NCBI RefSeq assembly: GCF_004010195.1
Contig: NC_057728.1
Location: forward strand, 40,132,918 to 40,196,917
Origin: Chiloscyllium plagiosum
Lineage: Eukaryota
Length of the DNA: 64,000 nucleotides
Reading direction: 5' to 3'
Shown: piece after piece, positions 41,038 to 53,977 of the stretch
Layout of the letters: each line of letters starts with the position of its first letter
Numbering within the stretch: position 1 is the first letter of the stretch
Position numbers and translations under genes: made by a program
The notes under the pieces: model-generated
The model's input: the letters and a program-made list of their open reading frames with translations, nothing else
Told to the model about the DNA's origin: nothing
Databases searched by the model: none

Positions 41038-42335
41038 TAGAGACAACAAAACTGCAGATGCTGGAATCCAAAGTAGACAAGCAGGAGGCTGGGAGAACAC
41101 AGCAAGCCAGGCAGCATCAGGAGGTGGAGAAGTCCTCCTCTAGCCTCCTAGGGACCCCTCCAAAACCCTACCCCCTCAGCTTTGCCATGTAGTCACCATC
41201 CCCCTGACCTCTCTGAGGGCAAAGGGTCTGTCCTCAGGAAAGGGCTGTCGTTCGTGCCTCCACCCCATCCTCAACAAATTTTGCACCCGCCATGATGTGG
41301 AGCTCTTCTTCCGCCACCTCCACCTTCTTCTGCAACAAACACTCCCAACCTCCCTCTGAGGACCCTTTCTCCCGCCTCCAACCTTACTTTTCCACTTGGA
41401 CGTCCCACACCGGCCTTGTCTCTGCCCTAGACCCCTTCGTTGCTGACTGCCAATGTGACATCAATGGCCTTGCCTTCTTCACCCTCCTCACCCACTCCAA
41501 ACCCACCCCACTCCGTGCAGCGCTCCACTCTCTCGATACCAAGCCCCGGTTCACCATCAAACCCGCTGACAAAGGTGGGCGGTGATAGCCTGGAGGTCGG
41601 ACATCTACATCAGAGGCTGAATGCCAGCTCTCTGACACCAAGTCCTACCTCCCCCTTGCCCACAAGCCCACTGTGACCCATCAGGCCAAAATCACTTGCA
41701 CTGTCCGTGACCTCAATGCCCCGGTGATCTCCCCCTCCATCACCTCCAACCTCCTAGTCCGCCAGCCCCACACTGCCTGGTTCTTTCTGCTCCCCAATAT
41801 CCACAAGCCGACCCATCGTCTCCGCATGCTCCTGCCCACTGAACTTATTTCTTCCTATCTTGACTCCATCCTCTCTCCCTTGGTCCAGACACTGCCCACC
41901 TACATCCGCAACACCAACCACGTCCTCCATCTCTTCAGTAACTTCCAGTTCCCCAGATCCCCGGCGCTTTGTCTTCACCATGGACGTACAGTTTTTATAC
42001 ACGTACATACACCACAAAGGTGGGCCTCAGGCTATCAGCTTCTTCCTCTCCAACCAACCCATCCAGTCCTCCTCCACCTTGCTGAACTAATCCTCAATAA
42101 CTTTTCCTTCAACTGTTCCCATTTCATCCAAATCCAGGACATAACTAGAGATCCCAGCTATGCCTACCTCTTTATCTGCTATGTCAAACACAGATGCTGC
42201 CTACACAGGCAGTGTCTCCTAACTCTTCCACCATTATGTCGATGACTGCATTGGTGCTGCATCCTGTACCCAGGCTGAACTGGGGCAGTTCATCAACTTT
42301 GCCCATAACTTTCACCCCACCCTCCAATTCACTTG

Positions 42336-44150
42336 TTCCGAGGGCAATTTACAAAACATTTCACCCTTTATTCCCATAGTAGGGATGCCAGGGTTGCAGG
42401 CAGGATTGATGGATTGATGGCTCTGGGAGTCTAGAGGAGTTTCCTTTTTGGGAGATTTATTTGAGGGGGAGGTCCTGATGTCTTTTGAGCAGTTGAGCCA
42501 GAAATATGAACTATCTAGGAGGGACCTCTTTCATTATTTTCAGATTATGAACTTTATACAGAAAAAGACTACAATAATGGTTAGTTCCTGTAAGTCTGAT
42601 GTGGAGAGGAGGGTACTCCGGTCCACAGGTACTCTTTCGGTCAACACCCTATATCATTTATTAAGAGGTAGTGTCTTGAAGGACATTGAATGGCTGTATG
42701 GGATCTGGATTCAGGAATTGAGGATGGGGATTTCGTCAGAGGTGTGGGAGGATATTTGGGAGAATGTAAGAAAGATTTTGATTTGCAACAAGACGCAGGC
42801 TATGCAACTGAAGGTACTTCACAGGGCTTATTTTGCACCAGAGCCGCTTGCGAAATTTAAGACAGGAGCGTCTCTAATGTGCCCCAAATATAAAATGGAT
42901 ATTGGTACTCTTACTCATTGCTTGTGGTCATGCCACAAGCTTTGTAGGTATTGGGGCACTATAGCAAGTGTCTGGAAGGGGTCTTGGGAACCGAGGTCAA
43001 GATAGAGCCAGTGTCCCTCCTCTTGGGTTTGCCGAATCTCCCTTCTTTGGACACACATGGGAAGAAACTGTTTAATATTCTTTCATACTGTGCAAGAAAG
43101 AACATTCTGATGAGTCATAGAGTCATAGAGATGTAAGCATGGAAACAGACCCTTCGGTCCAACCCATCCATGCTGACCAGATATCCCAACCCAATCAAGT
43201 CCCACCTGCCAGCACCCGGCCCATATCTCTCCAAGCCCTTCCTATTCATATACCCATCCAAATGCCTCTTAAATGTTGCAATTGTACCAGCCTCCACCAC
43301 TTCCTCTGGCAGCTCATTCCATACACATACCACCCTCTATGTGAAAAAGTTGCCCCGTAGGTCTCTTTTATATCTTTCCCCTCTCACCCTAAATCTATAC
43401 CCTCTATTGCTGGACTCCACGACCTCAGGGAGTAGACTTTACCTATTTACCCTATCCATGCCCCTCATAATTTTGTAAACCTCTATAAGGTCACCCCTCA
43501 GCCTCTGACACACCAGGGAAAACATCCCCAGCCTGTTCAGCCTCTCCCTATAACTCAAATCCTCCAACCCTGGCAGCATCCTTATAAATCTTTTCTGAAC
43601 CCTGAGCTGTGTGTTGGAAAATCCTCTGGGATTCTCAGGGTGGTGTAGGTTAGTTATAGAGCACATCCCCCTGGACCTCCTTACAAGTATGGTGCACCAG
43701 AAAATGGAACTCTTTCATAGGATGTGGGGCCCTTTTTGAACCATATATTCACAGACGTATTGGCTATATTGGTCAGGGCCTTTATGTAGCCATGAGGGCT
43801 GTGTCTGGCAGGCCGGGGGCCCCTGGGAGGAAGAAGTCTGAATAAATACGGGTATTCCAAGTGATGTTCCTGGTGATGGGGAGCTTTGATGGGGTTGCGC
43901 TGAGTGTTCTAACTTAATTTAGTTTAATTTGCTTTGGTTCAATTTGATTTAATTTAGTTTTTTAAATTTATTTATTGAATTGTAGTATGGGTTGGGGCTT
44001 TTCTTCTTTTAAACTGTTTGTGGAGTAAAGTAATAGTTTGTTTACTGTTATTGTTGTTATATTATAAGATTGTTATACCATTTTGTAGTAATTTTATAAT
44101 TTTGTAAAAAATTCAAAATCTTTTTCTCAATAAAAATATTTACAAAAAGA
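42336..44150 (+). mobile_element. L1-clade LINE 3' fragment nested in the PLE
   Basis: ORF 42448..43005 with the zf-RVT-like KVLHRAY..CPK..GTLTHCLWSC motif; T-rich 3' UTR, AATAAA at ~44129 and an A-rich tail; TSD AATTCA(C/T)TTG at 42326-42335 and 44151-44160. Confidence 0.88.
43112..43603 (-). mobile_element. CR1/HER1 3' fragment nested in the L1
   Basis: ORFs 43115..43333 and 43439..43666; very similar to 7495-7990. Confidence 0.92.
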
Positions 44151-45633
44151 AATTCATTTGGTCCATCTTGGACACCTCTTTCTCCATTCCTGACCTCTCC
44201 ATTTCCATCTACCGGACATTTACTACAAACCCACCGCTCGAATAACTACATGGACTACACCTCCTCCCACCCAGTATCCTGCAAAAACTTCATTGCATTT
44301 TCCCAATTCCTCCACATCTGCTTGGACGAGGAGACAGTCCACTCCCAAGCATCCCACATGTCCACCTGTTTTGAACGATGTGCTTTCCTCCCTCTGTCGT
44401 ACAGACAACCCTCCACCCCACCTCCTCCACTCCCTGCTCCACTGTTTTATATCCCTCCCCTCCAAGTGCAATAAAGACAGAATCCTCATTGTCCTCACAT
44501 ACCACCCCATCAGTCTCCACATACAATGTATCATCCCCAACAATTCCACAAACTCCAATGAGACCCCATCACCAAGAACATCTACCTGTCCCCAGCCCTC
44601 TTTGCCTCCCGTAAGGACCATTCCCTCTGCCAATCCTTGGTTTGCGCCACTCTCCAAACCAACTGACTCTGAAACCCCAGACACCTTCCCCTGCAACCGT
44701 AAAAGATGCAAAATCTACTGGCACACCAACCCCCTCAACTCCATCCAGTGGCCCAAATAGTCCTTCCAGGTGAGACAGAGGTTCACCTGCCTCTCCTCCA
44801 ACTTAGTTTACTGGATCCGGTACTCCTGATGTGGTCTCCCCTAGATGTTTTGCTGAGCATCTCAGCTGGTCCCGCAGGGGCCAACCTGACCTCTCAGTCA
44901 CAACTCATTTTAATTCCCCTTCCCACTCCCTGTCTGGCATAACCATCCTCAGCCTCTACCATTGCCACTGCGAATCAGACCACAAATTGGAGGAACAACA
45001 CCTCATCTTCCGTCTGGGCAGCCCACACCCTGGAGCACTCAACATTGAGTTCTCCAATTTCAAATAGCCTCCCTTCCCAGTGCCACCCCCTCTCTTCCAT
45101 TCCTCTGACCAACCCTTCCCTCCAGCTATCAACAGGATTCATTTCTCCCATCGACCAACCAGGCTGTACCCTCTACCTGTGTTCCATTATCACTACTTCA
45201 CCAGTCCGCCCCACCCACCCCCAGTCCTGAAGAAGGGTTACATCCGAAACGTTGACAACTCCACCTCCTGATGCTTGCTGTGTTCTTTCAGCCTCCTGCT
45301 TGTCTACACTGAGCCACTGTGCCACTCCAAAACTGTAACAGTGGACCTTTAGCTACATTCCATCTTGGAAAAGCTGTGTGGAGCAGTCCTCTCAGCCCTT
45401 GACTGCCCAATTTCTTCAATATGTCTCAAAACAATACTATGTTCTCATTAGTATACTCAAGGAGCTCCTTTAGGTGAAGGACCTGGATACTTGAAAAATG
45501 GCTGGATCCAATTTAGGACCAAACATTTTTCAGCTGCTTTAGGAACTGACGAAAATTGGTCCCTTAAACTGGACATCAATACATCTATTTTATGCTTGTA
45601 AATTGTGTTGAAATTATTATAGAAGATACAAGT

Positions 45634-46007
45634 ATAGAGTCACAGAAATAGACCCGTGGGTCAACTTATCCATGATGCCCAGATATCCTAAACTAATCTT
45701 GTCCCATTTTCTTGCACTTGGCCCATATCTCTCTAAATCCTTCCCATTCATATACCCGTTTAGATGCCTTTTAAATGCTGTAATTGTACCAGCCTCCACC
45801 ACTTCCTCTGGCAGTTCATTCCATACACACACCAGCCTCTGTGTGAAAAAGTTACCCCTTAAGTCCCTCTTAAATCTTTCCCCTCTCATCCTAAATCTAT
45901 GCCCTCTAGGTCTGGACACCCCCACCCCAGGAAAAAGACCGTAACTATTTACCCTATCCATGACCCTCATGATTTTATAAACCTCTATAAGGTCACCACT
46001 CAGCCTA
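45634..46007 (-). mobile_element. CR1/HER1 3' end
   Basis: ORF 45617..45970 GHRFRMRGERFKRDLRGNFFTQR..WNELP. Confidence 0.9.
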
Positions 46008-46683
46008 TTTATTGAAAATTTATTTTGAAGAACGCAAATGATTGCTCATATTACGTTGCTTTATTGTCTCCCATTTGTATAGTCATGGCACCTTTCGTAA
46101 GCTTATAAGATTACAAATGATCAGGGAAACATTAAATAGATCAGTAACCACTATCTATACAACGGAAAAGCCTGCTAACTCAGATTTCAGCATCACAGGA
46201 AACAAATGTTGACTCCTAAATGTATATCAAAGTGATTCGCATGCAAATAACATGGTCTGTAAAAGCCACATTTACAGGAAGATTACATATGTAAATTTTA
46301 ACAGAGTTCATACCTCATGTGTGCACCAATGGAATAGCTTATTCAACAACCTCCACTGGGTAATCTAATGTTTGACCTGAACCAGAAGCCATACATGTGA
46401 CTGAACAGAAAGTGAATTCCCATAGTGGAACACATCACTTCAGCACGTCAGTTATGCTGAATAATTTGATTCATGGTTGAGATTTAATTATTCCATTTAA
46501 TGTTTAGCATGGCAACTCAAAAGCAAACAAAATTTCTATATTTCAAGAGTAATATTAGACAGATTTTATTTAAAAATGACCATTTGAAACAACAATGAAA
46601 ACCTGTAGGAGGCTACATACATTTAAAAGTACTTAATGCTGGCAGGTTGTTTGATGGCACTTAAGACTTACTACATTAAAAGC

Positions 46684-46829
46684 TAAAAATCACACAACAC
46701 CAGGTTATAGTCCAACAGGTTTAATTGGAAGCACACTAGCTTCCAATTAAACCTGTTGGACTATAACCTGGTGTTGTGTGATTTTTAACTTTGTACACCC
46801 CAGTCCAACATCGGCATCTCCAAATCATG
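46684..46829. mobile_element. Palindromic short element of a second PLE family
   Basis: Perfect 49-bp arms at 46684-46732 and 46739-46787 with a 6-nt loop; 14-bp TSD ACTACATTAAAAGC at 46670-46683 and 46830-46843. Confidence 0.9.
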
Positions 46830-47821
46830 ACTACATTAAAAGCGTTTTTATAAGGTAATGAGTTGCCTTATCGATTTGTGCTGAATTTAGTTTGTATAAA
46901 TTTGCTAAGTACAGGTACTTTGCACTATTAAATATTTTTTTGACAAGTAACACCAATGATGAAGTTCCATTTTCATGTAGCTTATCAAAATATATTGCAT
47001 TTTGAATAACCTCAGGATTTTCAAATTTAACTGGGTTTTTGTTTTCTGTCCTGAAACGGTGACTCGAATTTGCACATAAAATATGAGATTCCCGGCAGCT
47101 TCAACGTTATCTCAACAGTAACTTGTGGACCCATCAAAGCAGAATGCAACATCTTTCTTTGCATATATGTTGTACATAGACATTCATTTCTGAGGTATGG
47201 AGTGTGGATGGGGAGGGGATACATGAGATGAGGCATTGTCTAGGCTTGACAAATTCTTACTAACCCATCAGTAATGAAATCACGAATGTTTCTTTTCAAC
47301 TTTTCCGAACAGTCAAGAACAAAACTACTTCATTGGCAGCCCTGCCAACAGCCCTTGTTGCATCATATGTAATTTCCCAAAATGATTTTCCGTTATATGA
47401 AAGGAAGTGTTTTTGATGAAATAATAATGGTATTAAAAAGCTCAGATCCAAATTTAATGCATGATCAAATGCATTACAATGTTAATTAAAAGTGACATGT
47501 CGGAAAGTGAGCAGTCTTCATTCCTGAACTGTGGTTAGCAGATGAATGACATATGCCAACAGAATCTTTTAACTGACAGATCGCAACCTTGAGGTTTTTG
47601 CTAATTTCAAACTTCATTCCATCATCATTTTCTGAAATGTGGTGGGTAAGTCAACAAGTCAAAAAGGATAATGTATCATCTCAAAGTAAAAACATAAAGT
47701 ATCTTTATTAGAAAATAACCTTTATTTTGAAGGAAAATCTCAATTTCTATGTATATCTTCAGTGAACGGAGCTGCTGTTGATGAGTTGACTTCCTAATTC
47801 TGAACTTAACCCAAAATTTAT

Positions 47822-48128
47822 GGGTGGCGCAGTGGCTTAGTGGTCAGCACTGCTGCTTCACAGTGCCTGAGACCTGGGTTTGATTCCCCCCTTGGCGGAC
47901 TGTCTGTGTGAAGTTTGTACATTCTCCTTGTGTCTTGTGGGTTTCCTCCCATGCTCTAAAGATATGCAGGTCAGGTGAATTGGCCATGCTAAATTGTCCA
48001 TTGTGTTAGGTGCATTAGTTAGGGGTAAATATAGGGTAGGGGAATGGGTCTGGGTGGGTCATTCTTTGGAGGGTTGGTGTGGACTTGTTGGGCTGAAGAG
48101 TCTATTTCAGTACTGTAGGGAATCTCAT
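47822..48128 (+). mobile_element. HE1-type SINE
   Basis: GTGGCTTAGTGGTCAGC A-box, HE1 core and tail. Confidence 0.88.
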
Positions 48129-49679
48129 CTATTTAGCTTATGAAATTTGTGCAGCATTATGTGAATACTATTTTCCAAAATGCAGGCCAAAGTAAGCTAT
48201 ATGAGTAAAGCAATTAATCATTCTTTATGAAAGATAAGTATTTGTTACATTAAAGATAACTTACACTATATAGGTCTCAGTGTCAAATTTTAATTAGGCA
48301 CTGAGTAATTTAATATGACTACATGCCAAATTTTGCATTGTTGTTAGAGTCTTTTGGATCCACAAGTGGTATAAATGTGCTATCACACAACAAAGCAAAC
48401 GCCTCTTGACAACCAGATGGTCAAAGGTAGAACTTCTGCATAACCTTTACACACTTATAAGCTTTAGCATGCAGAGAACCATATTGCAAACATGTACTTC
48501 TCAACACAACAACCAGTTTCAATCAGCATCGGTGAAGCACAAATGAGTCTCCAGCTGATGGTCACCACATAAATACAACTAACTACGCAGTATCTATATA
48601 ATCAACAGAGTGGGTATTAGCTGTTGGGAGACCATCTTATCAAGTATTCTTCTGCTATTATATGATCTAGGTCACCTTAAAAGCTAGGTCAAGCCTCATT
48701 GCCATGCCATTGGCAGGTCGTGTGAACCCTCCAGGCAGTTCATTAGCTCTGGCTGGGTACAATATTAAGTGGCTCAGACACTGTAGTAACGTGTAGGAAG
48801 ACTCCAGAGTGAAAAGTCAAGTGTAGGGAGAAAGCACAGGCCTACATTTACTTATTTACGGAGCCAGGAGAAGGACTCCTACTTCTCTTGGCTTGACAAT
48901 AATGCAATGGAAACATTTCTGTACTGTTTATGAAATGGCTAGTAATGTTCCAACTATATGAACATTTTTTTCCTCAGGCTTAACCCCATCAACTTTCAGA
49001 CTCCCCACGTTCCCATTGAACCATTTTATGTGATGGTTATTATCTTCTGTTTTATCCTCTCAGCTCCTGACTTCTTGCATTGCCATGCCAACTAACTACC
49101 ACACCCCTTTCCCTTTGAAGCGAGGGTATGGTCACTTTAAAAACCTTCAACTCCTCCCGCAATACTCCTTACCCTTCCATGCTGTATCATTTTCTATCCT
49201 TAAATATAGATCTGTGCCCTTCACTGTCATTGTCCCCTATGCATCCCATCCCACACTTATTTCCCACTTTCCCCTAAACAGCATGCGCTGCCTTCGATAC
49301 CCTTCCTGACCTTAAATGCCCGAAATCCCTGAATTGACAGCTACCCACTCTCAGACTAACCTGTGAGGCAGCCCCAACTGAGTATGGCTCAGCCCCTGAC
49401 TGATGTCCCCATAGCTCTCCAAATGTGTGACGTACTTGGACTTGGCCTGCAGAATTGACTGTGGTGAAAGCAGTGGCCTGGAATTATATGGATCCACAAA
49501 CCTGATCACTTGGAGTGGCTAACTGACTGCGGCCAATCCCATGACTGAGATCACTTATGGTCTTTGATGAATGGGCTGGCATGACCTGATTGATCATAGT
49601 CCCCTTTCACTTAACTAAGGACTACTTAGCTTAGACTTTCAGACATAGGCATTAGTTTTAACCACGTGCAATGTGTGTT

Positions 49680-51478
49680 ATAGAGTCATAGAGATGCACT
49701 GCACGGAAACAGACTCTTCAGTCAAACTCGTCCATGCCGACCAGATATCCCAACCCAATCTGGTCCCACCTGCAAGGGTCTGGCACATATCCATCCAAAC
49801 CCTTTTTTTTCATGTACACATCCAGATGCCTTTTAAATGTTGCAATTGTATCAGCGTCCTCCACTTCCTCTGGCAGTTCACCCCATACACTCACCACCCT
49901 CTGAGTGAAAAAGTTGCCCCGTAGGTCCCTTTTATATCTTTCCCCTCTCACCCTAAACTTATGCCTTCTAGTTATGGATTCCCCCACCCCAGGGAAAAGA
50001 CTTTGTCTATTTATCCTATCCATGACACTCATGATTTTATAAACCTCTATAAGGTCACCCCTTAGCCTCCGATGCTCCAGGGAAAACAGCCCTAGCCTAT
50101 TCAACCTCTCCCTAAAGCTCAAATCCTCCAACCATGGCAACATCCTTGTAAATCTTTTCTGAACCCTTTCAAGTTTCACAACATCTTTCCGAAAGGAAGG
50201 AGACCAGAATTGCACGCAATATTCCAACAGTGGCCTAACCAATGCCCTATACAGCCGCAACATGATCTCCCAACTCCTGTACTCAATATTCTGACCAATA
50301 AAGGAAAGCATACCAAACACCTTCTTCACTATCCTATTTACCTGCGACTCCACTTTCAAGAAGCTATGATCCTGCACTCCAAGGTCTCTTTGTTCAGCAA
50401 CACTCCCTAGGACCTTACCATTAAGTGTATAAATCCTGCTGAGATTTGCTTTCCAAAAATGCAGCATTCACATTTATCTGAATTAAACTCCATCTGCCAC
50501 TTCTCAGCCCATTGGCCCATCTGGTCAACATCCCGTTGTAATCTGGGGTAAGCTTCTTCGCTGTCCACTACACCTCCAATTTTGGTGTCACTAGCAAACT
50601 TACTAACTATACCTTTTATGCTCCCATCCAAATCATTTACATAAATGATGAAAAGTAGTGGACCCAGCACCGATCCTTGTGGCACTCCACTGGTCACAGG
50701 CCTCCAGTCTGAAAAACAACCCTCCACCACTACTTCTACCTTTGAGCCAGTTCTGTATCCAAATGGCGAGTTCTCCTTGTATTCCATGAGATCTAACCTT
50801 GCTAATCAGTCTCCCATGGGGAATATTGTCGAATGCCTTACTGAAGTCCATATAGATCACATCTATTGCTCTGCCCTCATCAATCCTCTTTGTTGCTTCT
50901 TCAAAAAACTCAGTCAAGTTTGTGAGACATGATTTCCCATGCATAAAGCCATGTTGACTATTCCTAATCAGTCCTTGCCCTTCCAAATACATGTACATTC
51001 TGTCTCTCAGGATTCCCTCCAACAACTTGCCCAGCACCGACATCAGGGTCACTGGTCTATAGTTCCGTGGCTTGTCCTTATCACTTTCCATAAACAGTGG
51101 CACCACGTTTGCCAACCTCCAGTCTTCCGGCACCTCACCTGTGACTATCAATGGTACAAATATCTCAGTAAGAGGCCCCACCATCACTTCCCTTGCTTCC
51201 CACAGAGTTCTGGGGTACACCTGAACTTTTATGCATTTCAAGACATCCAGCACTTCCTCCTCTGTAATATGGACATTTTTGAAGATGTCACCATCTATTT
51301 CCCTACATTCTGTATCTTTCATGTCCTTTTCCACAGTAAATACTGATGCAAAATACTCGTTTAGTATCTGCCCCATCTCCTGCGGCTCCAAACAAAGGCT
51401 GCCTTGCTGATCTTTGAGTGGGCCCTATTCTCTCCCTCGTTACCCTTTTGTCCTTTACGTATTTGTAAAAACCCTTTT
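49680..51478 (-). mobile_element. CR1/HER1 LINE, 3' 1.8 kb of ORF2 including RT (frameshifted)
   Basis: Three overlapping ORFs: 50633..51391 (NYRPV, QHGF, DFSKAFD), 50407..50787 (GVPQGSVLGP, KFASDTK) and 49718..50467. The catalytic ADD appears as ASD, so it is inactive. Confidence 0.95.
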
Positions 51479-53486
51479 TTATTTTTATTTTTTATTTATT
51501 CTTTTTGATTTGTTCACAGGATGTGAGTGTCACTGACTGGGCCAGCATTTATTGCCCATCTCTATTTGTCCAGAGGGCAGTGAAGAGTTAACAACATTGC
51601 TGAGGGTCTGGAGTCACATGTAGGCTGAATCAGGTAAAGATGGCAGGTTTCCTTCCCTATAGGATGTTAGTGATTCAGATAGGTTTTAACAACCAATCAA
51701 TAATGATTACATGGTCACTATTAGGCCAGCTTTTTATTCCAGATTTCACTAAACTTGAATTTCACCATCTGACATGACAGCATTCAAACTTATGCCTCCA
51801 GAACATCTCCTGGGGTTCAGGATACTCACCTATTGACATTATCATTACTTCGCTACCTCCTGCTCTGACAGCTGCTAGCACCTGCTCTAAATGTGACATT
51901 AATGTAGCACTATGCGGTGCAGCAACACATTCACCGTTGACTGTTCAGTACCAGCAAGTGTGACAAATGGCCTCGTTCCTTCTCTGCTTTAAAAAGCAAG
52001 CCAGCCCAGAGATATTACAACCCTGATAGTTTTCATCAAAGTAGCAAAGCAGTAAAAGGCCGGCCAAGCCAATGATGCTATGAGTTTCCAATTAAGTGCA
52101 AAGTGAGTGAGTGCTAAGAAAGCAAGCTAGGAAATATAAGATGCATCCTGTGTGTTGTGATGAGATAGTGTGCATTGATGTGTGCAGCACAGTCGGCAAT
52201 GTATAGTGCCTGCGATCTCCAAAACACCACGATGCTGCGATGAGGCTGGTGTTGTTGATGTCACATCCATGGACATAAGAAGGAGACAGGCCCTGCAGAT
52301 GGAGGGCTCAATAATGCAAATAATAAAATGGCTGCCAAATATTTTGTCTCAGAACCGATTTAACTTATTGAAAGAACTAACTCTCAGTGTTTGAAGTGTC
52401 ACATATATTTTAGTAAATATTTTTATTTCCTCTTCTTTTCTAATTACTTTGAGAATCAGATAAATATCTTCAGTCACTGCTACATATAATACATGCTGTA
52501 GTTTGTTTTGGCAAACATCTCACAATTTCTTTTATTGTTTATCCATGTGCAAGCTTTTGTTCAATGTGGTTTCTGTTGGTTACAAATGTCATGCTAGCTA
52601 TGTGCTATTACTGGTTTACTACGTGCTGCTTTGCAATATTAAATAAAAATGTGGCACTTCAAGTTTCAGTGTTGTGTTCTCACTTTTGAATTCATTCTGT
52701 ACTCAGTCCAAACCTTGCTACTTTGCAGCACAAATGCTTTCCTCTTTGCTCAGTGCCACATGTATTTCATATCAAAGAGCTCACATTTCCTATCTGCAGT
52801 ATCTAAAGCAGTTCCTATTTTCAGAATTAGCATTCTGATTTTTCATATCTTCTGGTCATCATTTTTGTTCTCCAAAGGTTGTGTCATGATGAGTAGTGCA
52901 CAAGTGATTTATGCAGAATTGTGTAGGTAATACTCTGAACTTCACTAAATTTAGAGGCACATGATAATATGTGTCTCTTCAAACTATACAATAAAAAAGA
53001 CAAACCAAATGTCTGGCTACCTAATCTGAGGTTTGCATCTGTTGTGGTTATCCTTCTGCCAGTACTAAAACTACAACATCCTTGATAAGCCTATACCCTT
53101 CTAATAGTGAAAAAGCACAAACAATTTCTCCAGGCTTTTCTTCTCTGACAAGATCACCAGATAAATATTAATAAAATTGGATTAGGTCTTCCTTAATTCA
53201 CTCAAACACTCAAACCCAGTTTGTTATTTAGAATTTTTGTCCACAATCATGACCTATCTTGAAGTGCTGCTCTGCATTTACTTTCTTCTCATAAATCTGC
53301 TTCAATGAGAGGCTTATTACATTTTTGTCTCTTCACTTTGGATAGTTTTCTCAGGTTCCATGGTCTCAGAAAATTACCATCAATACAATCTGAATCGGTA
53401 TGTATCCAAAATGTAGAGAATTTGCCATGACCTCGGGAATAAATGGATAAAGCAGCCTGAATATGTCCTCTCAGGTGTTTGGGTCA

Positions 53487-53828
53487 TTAGAATCATAGAA
53501 TCCCTACAGTGCAGAAAGAGGTCATTTGGCCCATCGTGTCTGCACCGACCCTTCAAAGAATATCCGATCCTCTCCCTGCAATCCTGCAGTTACCATGGCT
53601 AATTCCTCTAGTCTTCAACTCCCTGGACATTATGGGGCAATTTAGAATGGTCAATCCACCTAACCTGCACATTTTTGGATCGTGGAAGGAAATCAGAGCA
53701 CCTGGCGGAAACCCATACAGACATGGAGCGAACGTGCAAAATCCACACAGTCACCTGAAGCTGGAATCGCACCTGGGTCCCCGGTGATATGAGGCAAAAG
53801 TGCTAACCACTGAGTCACCGTGCCACCC
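53487..53828 (-). mobile_element. HE1-type SINE
   Basis: Reverse copy with a CCACCTAACCTGCACATTTTTGGA core. Confidence 0.85.
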
Positions 53829-53977
53829 ATTTGCAACAGCAGAATTGTTGAGTACACCAATCTGTATCTTTGTTAGCTAGCACATCCTTTAAACTTTGAT
53901 TGCTATCAAATCAGAAGATAAACTCTAAGACACACACAATGCATAGTTATGATTGAAGTACCGACCTAGAGAAAGTA

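Larger units (their letters stand above)
41038..45306 (+). mobile_element. Penelope-like element (RT + GIY-YIG remnants) with inverted terminal segment
   Basis: IKPADKGG, FTMDV, YYKPT..YMDYTSSHP..SQFL, FPCNRKRCK and KLEEQHLIFRLG..GALNIEF motifs; 41070-41130 is inverted relative to 45260-45306; 14-bp TSD CACTGAGCCACTGT at 41024-41037 and 45307-45320. Confidence 0.88.
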
